The notes under the pieces are model-generated. The model saw only the letters and a list, made by a program, of their open reading frames with translations, searched no databases and was not told the DNA's origin. Below are positions 19,002-26,810 of a DNA stretch of 56,997 nucleotides, one piece after another. Source of the stretch: a virus (Duplodnaviria; Caudoviricetes); IMG/VR virus record IMGVR_UViG_3300044655_000346, positions 1 through 56,997 of that record; one strand, written 5' to 3'. The stretch's first letter is position 1. Each line of letters opens with the position of its first letter. The translations under genes and the position numbers were made by a program.

Positions 19002-19744
19002 GGTGCAGGTATCAAGCCACCTTCAAACAGGTAGCTTCCAAAATGGCCTAGAACCACCCACGGTGCAGCGTAAATCTTGTACCCATGTCTACGTGCTTCT
19101 TGGCAGAAATAGTAGTCCTCTGACAGCAGTCTGCCCACACCCTCTTCAATAGCACATGCAAAGAACTCCACAATCTTGTCTTGCTTGATTTCGCCAGACA
19201 GGAAAGTAACGTCATTGATATAACTAGGCATCTTAGTAGCAAGGTCTTCTAAACAACTACGCTTTATAAGCATGAAACCTGTACCGCCATTAAAGATTTC
19301 CACAGGCTCATGTGCTGGTACTGTGACTGTGCCTTGATAGTCTTTGAGATTAACCACCAAGCTACCTGTACGGGTCTTCAGCTTGTCAACTTCCACACCC
19401 TCTTTGACTGCCTTTTCTACCTCATGCCAGTTGATTTCCTTCTTAGGGTAAATACCACAGATGATGTCTTTGTCAACCTCAATCATAGGCACGATGTCAG
19501 CGGGATTCCACTTAATATCTGCGTCAATGAACATCAGGTGAGTAGCTTCCTTCTTGTTGAGAAACCCATGTGCAAGAGCGTTTCTGCCCCGCTGAATGAG
19601 GGATTCGTTAAACATGCAGCTAAAGCTCATGTCTATATCGTTTCCCCGCATAACTGTTGTCATGTTGACCAGTGACTGACAGTAGTAGCCTGTGGTCATG
19701 CCACCATACATAGGGGTTGCCACGAAGATGTGTGCCTTGCTCAT
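18998..19744 (-). CDS. Glycosyltransferase, GT-A/GT2-like
   Basis: ATPMYGG, ESLIQRGRN, HLMFIDAD, GTGFMLIKR and SEDYYFC motifs. Confidence 0.85.
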   Translation of the reverse strand: MSKAHIFVATPMYGGMTTGYYCQSLVNMTTVMRGNDIDMSFSCMFNESLIQRGRNALAHGFLNKKEATHLMFIDADIKWNPADIVPMIEVDKDIICGIYPKKEINWHEVEKAVKEGVEVDKLKTRTGSLVVNLKDYQGTVTVPAHEPVEIFNGGTGFMLIKRSCLEDLATKMPSYINDVTFLSGEIKQDKIVEFFACAIEEGVGRLLSEDYYFCQEARRHGYKIYAAPWVVLGHFGSYLFEGGLIPAP

Positions 19745-19929
19745 TGTTGTTGACCCCTGTCTGTCTTCATAATTGCCTGTGCGTCTTCAAAGCCAGCTTG
19801 GTAGGCAATGTTCCACAGTTGTTGCAAAGACATGTTGACCAGGTTGACTGCGTAGTTGATAGAGTTGCCAGCTTTCTTCATGCTGTCTTCACTCATTTGG
19901 ATTTGTTGGGCTTGTTGAACTTCACTCAC
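19741..19929 (-). CDS. Hypothetical protein
   Basis: 62 aa, coupled within the operon. Confidence 0.55.
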   Translation of the reverse strand: MSEVQQAQQIQMSEDSMKKAGNSINYAVNLVNMSLQQLWNIAYQAGFEDAQAIMKTDRGQQQ

Positions 19930-20252
19930 GATATATCCTCAATTCTTAAAACATATTTGTTGGTCTTTGCTGACTTGCGCCAGCCATGAACTTCAATTCT
20001 GATTCCAGCATCCCTGACAAGAGCAAGCGTGTCAGAGGCCATAATCTTTTTTATACGGTCACTGACAGCAGAGGCGGTAACCTGCACTGCCAGAACCTCA
20101 CCCTTCCTGATAGCAAGAAGGTCAGCCCACCCCCACAGGTCTTTTCGTTGTTTGGTGAAACTGTTCCACTTCTCAACTACTTCAACGTGGTAGCCCAACT
20201 CACGAAGGTGAGCCAAGCTACGCTGTGTGGGAGAGACTTTCGTTGCCATCAA
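19926..20252 (-). CDS. PD-(D/E)XK nuclease / Holliday junction resolvase-like
   Basis: L.ELGYHV, DLWGWADLLA and AVQVT motifs. Confidence 0.65.
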   Translation of the reverse strand: MMATKVSPTQRSLAHLRELGYHVEVVEKWNSFTKQRKDLWGWADLLAIRKGEVLAVQVTASAVSDRIKKIMASDTLALVRDAGIRIEVHGWRKSAKTNKYVLRIEDIS

Positions 20253-20398
20253 TAGCAGTTGGTGTTGCAGTTATTGCCGTAACAGCAGGTGGTGCAAGTC
20301 ACATACCGACCATCTTGTGAGTAGGTGTGTGTTGTACATGCCGCCCAAACCAAAGAACTAGAAACAGAAAGCCAAGCCGCAATTAAAAAATTTTTCAT
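20249..20398 (-). CDS. Secreted Cys-rich miniprotein (49 aa)
   Basis: Own translation: MKKFLIAAWLSVSSSLVWA-ACTTHTYSQDGRYVTCTTCCYGNNCNTNCY. RBS AGGAG. Confidence 0.7.
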   Translation of the reverse strand: MKNFLIAAWLSVSSSLVWAACTTHTYSQDGRYVTCTTCCYGNNCNTNCY

Positions 20399-20413
20399 TT
20401 TTCTCTCCTGTGA

Positions 20414-20725
20414 TTAAAAGGGTACATCTTCATCGTCATTACGAGCGGGTCTGCGGTTGTAGGATGGCACAACCTCTTTGTCTCCCCGTTCTTCCTCTCT
20501 CTTCTTCTTGCTCCAGTTATCTTCTTTCAAAGCAAGCAAGCTGTGCCCTCGGCTGGTTGGCTTTTGCCAAGCTGCTATTTTCAACTTCTCACCCGCTTTG
20601 TAGTCCATCTCTAGAACAATGAAGCCCTTAAAGTCTGGCCCTTTGGGAGACTTACGCATCTCCTCTTCTTCCCAGTACATCACGCCTGAACCAGGCATTT
20701 CTTTGTGTGCATTTCCTGTTGACAT
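20414..20725 (-). CDS. Single-stranded DNA-binding protein-like
   Basis: PDFKG, AAWQK and the acidic C-terminal tip DDEDVPF. Likely start at 20725 with RBS AAGGA. Confidence 0.7.
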   Translation of the reverse strand: MSTGNAHKEMPGSGVMYWEEEEMRKSPKGPDFKGFIVLEMDYKAGEKLKIAAWQKPTSRGHSLLALKEDNWSKKKREEERGDKEVVPSYNRRPARNDDEDVPF

Positions 20726-20735
20726 TTCTTTCCTT

Positions 20736-20960
20736 TCAGAGTGTGTACTTTGCGTACTTCTTGCCATTTTCATTAACCATGTGCGTAAAGATTCTGTGTC
20801 CGTCTTTACGAAGACTTTCGATATGTGCTGCAAGCCTGAAACAACCGAATTCATTTAATGCCTCCATTGGTGTCAGGCTTCTCCCGTTTTGCAACCACAT
20901 CAAAACGTTTGCTCGTTGAGTCCCGAATCGGGAAGTGGTTGGGACTTGTCGGGCTTTGGG
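20736..20960 (-). CDS. Winged-helix/HTH domain in the -1 frame of the recombinase gene
   Basis: Own translation: ...TQRANVLMWLQNGRSLTPMEALNEFGCFRLAAHIESLRKDGHRI...YAKYTL. Confidence 0.7.
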   Translation of the reverse strand, partial: PKARQVPTTSRFGTQRANVLMWLQNGRSLTPMEALNEFGCFRLAAHIESLRKDGHRIFTHMVNENGKKYAKYTL

Positions 20961-21760
20961 GATACTGTTCCTCCTGATTCAACGATGGCTCCTTTGAGTT
21001 TGACTTTATCCATTGTTGAGAAGTTTTCTGTAACAACCTTGTTGCACTCGGCAAGAGAGGAGAGCTTGTCTGCCTTTTCCTCCAGAGAGTATTTTGGGCT
21101 TGCTGTGATGCGTCCGACCATTTGTGCATACCCGTCTATCCATTCCTGTACGCTTGCGTAGCGTTTGTAGGGTTGGTCAGAGTTCGGGACATATAGCGCA
21201 AACGCTCCGTCCTCAACCAGTTCGACAATCTCAACTTCTGGTATGTCTTGAACCCGCTCAACATTACCCATGAACTTTTCTTTGGGAGTTTCAAAATCCT
21301 GGACTTCCTCAGGCGTATAGACTCCGACAACACAGCCTGGAAAGACGGAACGAATGCCCTCGCTAATGACTCTCGCCCTGAGCATTGCTCTTGGATAGTT
21401 CTTCCAATTATCCTTCGTGGCAATCCCAATTTTCTTGGCTTGAGCCAGTGTCCACGTAAGCTCAAGAGTTCCCCCCGAAGGATGCGAAAACACGCCTGTG
21501 ACCTGCTCATCTGTATATTCCTTCCAGTTAACTGAACCACCAGCTTGCTGAAATCTTGCAAGCATTGCGTCTGCTTTAAGTGCTGGTCTGCCTTGGATGA
21601 CATGAAAGTCACGCATAGCTACTGCGGGGTGTAGGTTCTCGGCTTGGCACAAGAGCATGATTGCCATTGCTTCCTGTGTGTTCTTGAAACCAAACATCTT
21701 GCTACCAGCGGCAACCTCTGCCATCTGCTGCATGTCGTTAAAAGCTACGATATTACTCAT
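20900..21760 (-). CDS. RecT/Redbeta-like single-strand annealing protein
   Basis: HVIQGRP and NWKNYPRAMLRARVISEGIR.VFP..G.YTPEE motifs, next to YqaJ and SSB. Confidence 0.8.
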   Translation of the reverse strand: MSNIVAFNDMQQMAEVAAGSKMFGFKNTQEAMAIMLLCQAENLHPAVAMRDFHVIQGRPALKADAMLARFQQAGGSVNWKEYTDEQVTGVFSHPSGGTLELTWTLAQAKKIGIATKDNWKNYPRAMLRARVISEGIRSVFPGCVVGVYTPEEVQDFETPKEKFMGNVERVQDIPEVEIVELVEDGAFALYVPNSDQPYKRYASVQEWIDGYAQMVGRITASPKYSLEEKADKLSSLAECNKVVTENFSTMDKVKLKGAIVESGGTVSPKPDKSQPLPDSGLNEQTF

Positions 21761-21959
21761 TGGGAACTTCCTTTCTTTGTTTCATCATTAACTGTGCTAC
21801 CTCGTAAGAGTCTTTTACATCATCTGCAAGCAGGGTGCGTTGTCTAGCAATAAAGGTTTGCATGGCAAGACCAGCGAACCAGTCTAGTAAATCCATTCCT
21901 CCGCTCTCTGTTGTCTGACCAGAGGTAGGGTGTTTGTGCATGTAGGGATAGGCTTTCAT
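21753..21959 (-). CDS. Conserved phage hypothetical protein
   Basis: GMDLLDWFAGLAM...SYEVAQLMMKQR. Confidence 0.7.
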   Translation of the reverse strand: MKAYPYMHKHPTSGQTTESGGMDLLDWFAGLAMQTFIARQRTLLADDVKDSYEVAQLMMKQRKEVPNE

Positions 21960-22156
21960 GTTGTCACCTTCTTGTGTGGTCTGCCTATCTTCTTGCGTGG
22001 TTGACCGTCTTTGTTGACACCGTTTGGATAGGCTTTCATCAACGCATCTATGCGTGTTGTTTGAATTTCTAATCTACCTGTCAAAAATCCAATATCCCTA
22101 TACAAACATTCAATGTGATGTTGCATAACAGCTTTGTCTTTGCTTGTAAAAAACAT
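21956..22156 (-). CDS. Hypothetical protein with basic KKIGRP tail
   Basis: 66 aa, RBS GAGG. Confidence 0.6.
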   Translation of the reverse strand: MFFTSKDKAVMQHHIECLYRDIGFLTGRLEIQTTRIDALMKAYPNGVNKDGQPRKKIGRPHKKVTT

Positions 22157-22163
22157 GTGAACC

Positions 22164-23057
22164 TCACTTTAAAAGGAATCTACGAGAACCAGGCATGTCA
22201 CGCATGAACTGCTTGTGAATGTCGGGCATGGCTTCTTGGAACAACTTGGCATCGAACTTAATGCTTGACTTGGCTGACTTCCAAGTGGCAAGGACTTTGC
22301 CATCTATGGTGGTCAGTGTGTCCTTGTCTTGCATGTAACCTCTGACAAGGGTGTCGTACTGCTCTTCCTGTGCTTCTAAAGCCTTGATGTTGGCCTTGAT
22401 TTGGGCAAGGGCCATGCAAGCCTGTTCGACACTGGCTGAAGCTGTTTTAATGCTTTCTGTGCTTGTAGGGTAAAGCAGCTTGACTTGCTCAAGGTCTTCA
22501 GGTGGGAGGGTAGTTTGAGCTTGGACATGTCCCCAGATGACTGCCATTTGCTTGATAAGGTCTTCCTTCTGTTCTTCTGTGATGTTGAAGGGAATGAGGA
22601 GGAATTCCTGACCACCGAATAGTACGGCGAGATAAACCATATCGACAGAGAATACAGCTGCTTCGTGTACCAGTTGAGCCATGTCTGCTGGAGGACAGAC
22701 CCCCGCAATATCGAACTTATTGCGAGTTGCTGCGTTGTAGTTCTTAGCTTCAACGAGAAATGTCTTACCGCCTTGTTTACCAGCAAAGTCAAAATGAGAC
22801 TTAAACCAAGGGTGTTTGGCATGTGTGAGACTCTCCTCAATTTTGGTTAACTCTACGCCTAGCTTGGCCTGTGCGAGTCTGCCGATTACAGGCTCCATGA
22901 CATGACCCATCTGAACTGCTTCAACGTGGGAGATGTCTTCTATTTCCATCTTGCCTTGCTTTGTCAGGATGACTTCGTTGGCTTTGCCGCTGGCTACCTT
23001 GCGAGAGTCCCCTGACCATATGGCAGAGTTACGGGTTTCTGGTGTGAAGTCAGACAT
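22164..23057 (-). CDS. YqaJ-like viral recombination exonuclease
   Basis: R...I.SGD, GH..EP, HPWF...D, EAK, Q motif and C-terminal GSRRFLLK. Confidence 0.85.
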   Translation of the reverse strand: MSDFTPETRNSAIWSGDSRKVASGKANEVILTKQGKMEIEDISHVEAVQMGHVMEPVIGRLAQAKLGVELTKIEESLTHAKHPWFKSHFDFAGKQGGKTFLVEAKNYNAATRNKFDIAGVCPPADMAQLVHEAAVFSVDMVYLAVLFGGQEFLLIPFNITEEQKEDLIKQMAVIWGHVQAQTTLPPEDLEQVKLLYPTSTESIKTASASVEQACMALAQIKANIKALEAQEEQYDTLVRGYMQDKDTLTTIDGKVLATWKSAKSSIKFDAKLFQEAMPDIHKQFMRDMPGSRRFLLK

Positions 23058-23313
23058 ACTTGGCCTCCTTGAGCATGAGTTCTTCTTCTTCTGGAGTCAT
23101 CACATGGTCAGCAGCTTCCCAGTTTTCTGCTTCAGGCTTACAACGCCCTGTATTGCGTCTTTCAAGCTCGGCAAAGGGGCGAGTATCCCTTTCCCGAAAT
23201 GAGCCTGTTACAAGGCTTATAGTGAGGTCTTGCCCGCATCTAGCGTTATCGTCTATCTTCCCTGACAAAGAGGGAATTACATACTTGCAGTTTTTGCACA
23301 GCTTCATGGTCAC
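23050..23313 (-). CDS. Cys-containing hypothetical protein
   Basis: MKLCKNCK...C..R....C.PEA. Confidence 0.65.
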   Translation of the reverse strand: MTMKLCKNCKYVIPSLSGKIDDNARCGQDLTISLVTGSFRERDTRPFAELERRNTGRCKPEAENWEAADHVMTPEEEELMLKEAKYV

Positions 23314-23320
23314 GAACCTT

Positions 23321-23380
23321 TCAGTTAAATGTTGAGGATTAGATTATAAGCACAGTTAATTAGATGATGCAACAGTTATT
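23321..23380 (-). promoter_or_regulatory. Sigma70-type promoter for the recombination operon, with three CAGTTA repeats
   Basis: Minus strand TTGCAT (23367-23372)-N18-TATAAT (23343-23348). Confidence 0.6.
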
Positions 23381-23383
23381 TTT

Positions 23384-23893
23384 TCATGTGTTCTTCTCCT
23401 TGAGTTTTGCTTCAATGGCATCAAACGCAGGTTTACCAATCATCATTTCGCAATAGTCTTCAATGTCATTGCGTTCTTGTTCCGTCAGCCCTACCCATGC
23501 GGATGGCTTGCCAGACGATTCGCTGCGCTGTGGTGGGGTACAAGTGTGAATGTCCTTTGTGCGTTTGCCGCATCGTGAGCAAAAGTTGCGTTCTTCTAGC
23601 TGTGGTGGGGTAGTGCGAGTTAGATGCTTCAGCCAATCAGCCTGATGCCACTCATCTTGACCGTTGATACGCAACTTGATGTCAGTCATGTGTGCGTGTC
23701 TTGCTCGGTCAATCAAGCGTTGAATTGAATCCACTTGAAGGCTGTTGATTTTTTCATCTGTAATAAGCCACGCCACAGGCTCTTGCGTCTGTGCCAAGGC
23801 TTCTTTGACTGCATCACGGGCTTTCTGCCACTTCATTAGGCTTGCTCTATCCTCCAACGCATCAAGCACCAACTTTAATTCATCTTGTGTCAT
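23384..23893 (-). CDS. Mosaic phage hypothetical protein
   Basis: QEPVAW, FCSRCG and WVGLT.QE...IEAKLKEKNT modules. Confidence 0.7.
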   Translation of the reverse strand: MTQDELKLVLDALEDRASLMKWQKARDAVKEALAQTQEPVAWLITDEKINSLQVDSIQRLIDRARHAHMTDIKLRINGQDEWHQADWLKHLTRTTPPQLEERNFCSRCGKRTKDIHTCTPPQRSESSGKPSAWVGLTEQERNDIEDYCEMMIGKPAFDAIEAKLKEKNT

Positions 23894-24102
23894 CGGGATT
23901 CTCCTTCCAAGTCTTGTAAAGCAATATCAGGCATATAGGGGCTATCGTCAGGACTGAGCCGAGTGTGAGCAGCAGAGTCCAGGCTAGAACATTTGTCATG
24001 TATGTCTCCAGTGATGGTTAGGGCTTTTATGATGGCAGAGGGGGGGTGCAATATGCCACCTCTGACTTGGTTTAAGAGTTGATTTGCTTCTTGTCTGTTC
24101 AT
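23890..24102 (-). CDS. Hypothetical protein
   Basis: MNRQEANQLL...I.KAL.ITGD. Confidence 0.6.
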   Translation of the reverse strand: MNRQEANQLLNQVRGGILHPPSAIIKALTITGDIHDKCSSLDSAAHTRLSPDDSPYMPDIALQDLEGESR

Positions 24103-24109
24103 GGTTACT

Positions 24110-24400
24110 TTCTTTTAGACAATACAAGGGCTACGGTAGGGATGATGATTAGTCAATGTCCTACTTTCAGCCTTGGGGCTGTCCTGTATGGGGCTTACAC
24201 CCGTATACAGTTCTGCTGCTTTATTTATCGACCCAACTATTCCGTAGTTGCCACGGTTGACTATCAGCCTACATGGTCGTTTATCACTTGGGGCAGAACC
24301 CTCGTGCAGCCGTCCCCCTTGGGTCAAGCTGAACCGCTTTGCTTCCACGCTGCCACAGTCGGGGGCACTTACTATCGTGTGGAGTACGGTTGACGTAGTA
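24110..24400 (-). ncRNA. Candidate multi-stem structured RNA
   Basis: Many nested stems (see finding), no convincing CDS. Confidence 0.4.
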
Positions 24401-24404
24401 GGGG

Positions 24405-24508
24405 CAAAAAAAATCCACTTACAACTGCCCTCGGTGAGAACCCTAAAGTAAATACCAAGGGCGAGAGCATGTGTAAGTGGACTAATTCTGTCGCTTCTCA
24501 CGGCAACG
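24405..24508 (-). ncRNA. C4/CI-like antisense RNA or attenuator element
   Basis: Loop GUGAGAA is complementary to bulge UUCUCAC. 10-bp outer stem followed by U8. Extended -10 TGT-TATGAT upstream. Confidence 0.6.
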
Positions 24509-24531
24509 GGGTAAATCATAACATCAAACCT

Positions 24532-25119
24532 TTATTCTTTGTCAATGACTATTTTTCGGTAGTCTGTCAAAGCCTTTCCTCGGCTGAATCCAGTTATCAA
24601 ACCAGTAGATTTATTCTTTCTCCACAACGTAGAACTGGTCTTACCAACAGCGGGTTCTAATGCTAATGTTTCAAATAGTTCGGGGGCTAATTGTTTGCGC
24701 CACACGTTGATTTTCCGCATACGCCTTGCGCCTCCGTCCACAATGCTTACGCACTCGTAGCCTAGAGACTTCCAAAATCTATTAGCGTCAAGGTCAAAGC
24801 CACAGCGTAGTGAAACAGATGTAGCCCTGCCTTCGTTGGCGTATTCCTCCATCGCTGACACAAGGGCAGCACCGTAGTGCCGTAACCTTGCGTCATACTG
24901 GATGCAGACTTGATGGCACTTCACATGGTCACCTTGTGCGCCCATGTAGATGTAGCCGCATGGCTCGCCATTGAGTAGCCCTAAAAACAATCTACCCTTT
25001 TCTAATTCTCTTTCAAATACTTGTGTGGGGTAAAACGATAGGGCTTCTGCGTTAAGCCTTTGCAGTTTGTCCACGTACAAAAGAAAGTCAGGGTGTTGCT
25101 GAACTACGACAAAATCCAT
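24532..25119 (-). CDS. GNAT-family acetyltransferase
   Basis: QVCIQYDARLRHYGAAL and L.ANRFWKSLGY motifs. Confidence 0.8.
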   Translation of the reverse strand: MDFVVVQQHPDFLLYVDKLQRLNAEALSFYPTQVFERELEKGRLFLGLLNGEPCGYIYMGAQGDHVKCHQVCIQYDARLRHYGAALVSAMEEYANEGRATSVSLRCGFDLDANRFWKSLGYECVSIVDGGARRMRKINVWRKQLAPELFETLALEPAVGKTSSTLWRKNKSTGLITGFSRGKALTDYRKIVIDKE

Positions 25120-25120
25120 A

Positions 25121-25303
25121 TCAATAGCCTGAAGTAATAAGGGCAGTCAAATACCCTGCCACAAAGCAGCCAAGGTATATCACTACCCTGTCCGACAATG
25201 GGGGCTTTTCTTGCCATTCTGGGCTAGATGGGAAAGCATCCCGTAGGGTACGTGGGTACTTGCGTGGGGTGTCGTTCAAGTATTCGGGCTTGAATTTAAT
25301 CAT
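25121..25303 (-). CDS. Small membrane protein
   Basis: RKYPRTLRDAFP plus C-terminal TM. Confidence 0.65.
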   Translation of the reverse strand: MIKFKPEYLNDTPRKYPRTLRDAFPSSPEWQEKPPLSDRVVIYLGCFVAGYLTALITSGY

Positions 25304-25494
25304 GGGGCTATATCCTCTGTTACTTTGATAAGGGCATCAAAAGCAATTTTTGCTTCCTTTGTTCTATGGGGCGGGAATTGCAGCTTTTGCTCTTCCGTGT
25401 ATTTTTCCCAATGGGGCGGGTAATGGGTGCCTGTTTGCTCTATTTCACGCAAAGCCTTGAAAAGCATAGATATTGTTTGTTCTTGCTGTGTCAT
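25300..25494 (-). CDS. Early hypothetical protein
   Basis: 64 aa ending IAP, ATGA-coupled. Confidence 0.6.
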   Translation of the reverse strand: MTQQEQTISMLFKALREIEQTGTHYPPHWEKYTEEQKLQFPPHRTKEAKIAFDALIKVTEDIAP

Positions 25495-25655
25495 GGGGCT
25501 ATTCCTTTTAAGGCTTCAATTTGGGCTATTTCACTAGTAAACCATTCGACGTGAACAATATCGTCCCCGCCTTCATCGTTGGAATACTCCACTCCCCATT
25601 TGTGCGTGGGGTGTGAATCGTCATAACAGGGGAATTTGTATTGTTGGTCAATCAT
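25491..25655 (-). CDS. Early hypothetical protein (54 aa)
   Basis: Own translation MIDQQYKFPC...LKGIAP, RBS AAGGA. Confidence 0.55.
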   Translation of the reverse strand: MIDQQYKFPCYDDSHPTHKWGVEYSNDEGGDDIVHVEWFTSEIAQIEALKGIAP

Positions 25656-25660
25656 GGGGC

Positions 25661-25972
25661 TTATCCTTTCTCAATAAGGGTTAAAAGGGCTTTAATTGTG
25701 CGTTCTAAGTCTTTGGCAACATGGGGCTTATAGCAAGGGTCTTCGCTTGCATCTTCGATAAAGGGCAAACACTTGTAAAGCAATTCGAGCATATCGGGGG
25801 CAGCAGCCATAAGACGGGCATTTGCATACCCTTGTGCGTCATAGTCGGGTTGCTTTTTAAGGCTTGGGGCTTTTAAAATGGTTGCGTTGCCGATACTTGG
25901 GCCATCATCAGCGGGGACAATGTAGCGGCCTTGTGTGTGCCAAGGGCCAGGGGTTGGTTGTGTGTGTGTCAT
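25661..25972 (-). CDS. Conserved phage early protein
   Basis: TPGPW...ANARLMAAAPDMLE motif. Confidence 0.75.
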   Translation of the reverse strand: MTHTQPTPGPWHTQGRYIVPADDGPSIGNATILKAPSLKKQPDYDAQGYANARLMAAAPDMLELLYKCLPFIEDASEDPCYKPHVAKDLERTIKALLTLIEKG

Positions 25973-25998
25973 GGATACTATCCTTTCAAAGGTTGGGT

Positions 25999-26118
25999 TT
26001 AAATTAAGTCTTGCAAAATGTCATATAAAACATGGGCGGGCAAGCCTGTAATTTCAAGCAAATCAGCCCAGGTCAACTCGTTACTTTCAAATTTATCTCG
26101 CATTGTTTGAACATTCAT
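25999..26118 (-). CDS. Tiny early protein (39 aa, HTH-like)
   Basis: Own translation: MNVQTMRDKFESNELTWADLLEITGLPAHVLYDILQDLI. RBS GGAG. Confidence 0.5.
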   Translation of the reverse strand: MNVQTMRDKFESNELTWADLLEITGLPAHVLYDILQDLI

Positions 26119-26170
26119 GGTCACGGACTCCAAAGGTTAAAAAAAGGGGCATACAAGCCCCTACAAGGGG

Positions 26171-26458
26171 TTATCTCAATTCTTTTGCGGGTATGTAGCC
26201 ATGCTCGGCCATAAATTCTTTTACGGTCAAATGCTTGGCCTTGTACGTATCGCCATACTTGGTGAAACAGGCATAAACGGCTTCGCCCTTTTCGTTATGG
26301 TCGTTGGCCTCGCCTACTAGGAAATTTTGCCCTAGCATTTTTATGGGCGGTACTACTTCTAACATCTGCCAATACATGGCTTCGGTTGTTGGTATCCAAG
26401 CATCGGGGTTTGCGTCCATTGCATCCCACAATTCTTTCCATTCGAGGGGCTTATTCAT
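26171..26458 (-). CDS. Early hypothetical protein (DUF1419-like)
   Basis: TEAMYWQMLEVVPP...FLVGEA. Confidence 0.6.
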   Translation of the reverse strand: MNKPLEWKELWDAMDANPDAWIPTTEAMYWQMLEVVPPIKMLGQNFLVGEANDHNEKGEAVYACFTKYGDTYKAKHLTVKEFMAEHGYIPAKELR

Positions 26459-26730
26459 GCTGTCACCTCTTCTTTTTTGGTCAATTCATTGATACGCTTG
26501 CATAAATCTTGCAAGTTGTAGCACTGAAACACAATGCCACCGCCATATTTTTTATTGTGAAACCGTTTGCCGCCTAGGGTACGGGCAAGTGATACCGCTA
26601 GGTTATACCGTTGCGATAAATCAATACCCGAATGCATGCCGTGTACGTCCAAATGTAGGAAATGGCAAACATAGCGAGGGTTCCCGTTAACGTCATTGAT
26701 AACACGGGTAAAATCAGATGATTCAATCAT
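26455..26730 (-). CDS. Conserved phage early protein
   Basis: NDVNGNPRYV...GGGIVFQ.YN. Confidence 0.7.
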   Translation of the reverse strand: MIESSDFTRVINDVNGNPRYVCHFLHLDVHGMHSGIDLSQRYNLAVSLARTLGGKRFHNKKYGGGIVFQCYNLQDLCKRINELTKKEEVTA

Positions 26731-26767
26731 AGGAACTTCCTTTTCAAGTTGATTATGTGATTATCGA

Positions 26768-26810
26768 ATGATAATCCCTATGCCCACATAATGAGCATAG
26801 AAGTATCACT
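26768..26810 (-). promoter_or_regulatory. Intergenic RNA hairpin, RNase III-site-like
   Basis: UGAUA-C-[12-bp stem with G-U pairs]-AU-UAUCA. Confidence 0.5.

Noticed and set aside
24079-24519. ORFs 24115-24519(-), 24079-24393(+) and 24248-24451(+)
   Set aside because: No clear RBS or protein motif. The minus ORF starts inside the -10 box and crosses a terminator, so structured RNA explains the region better.
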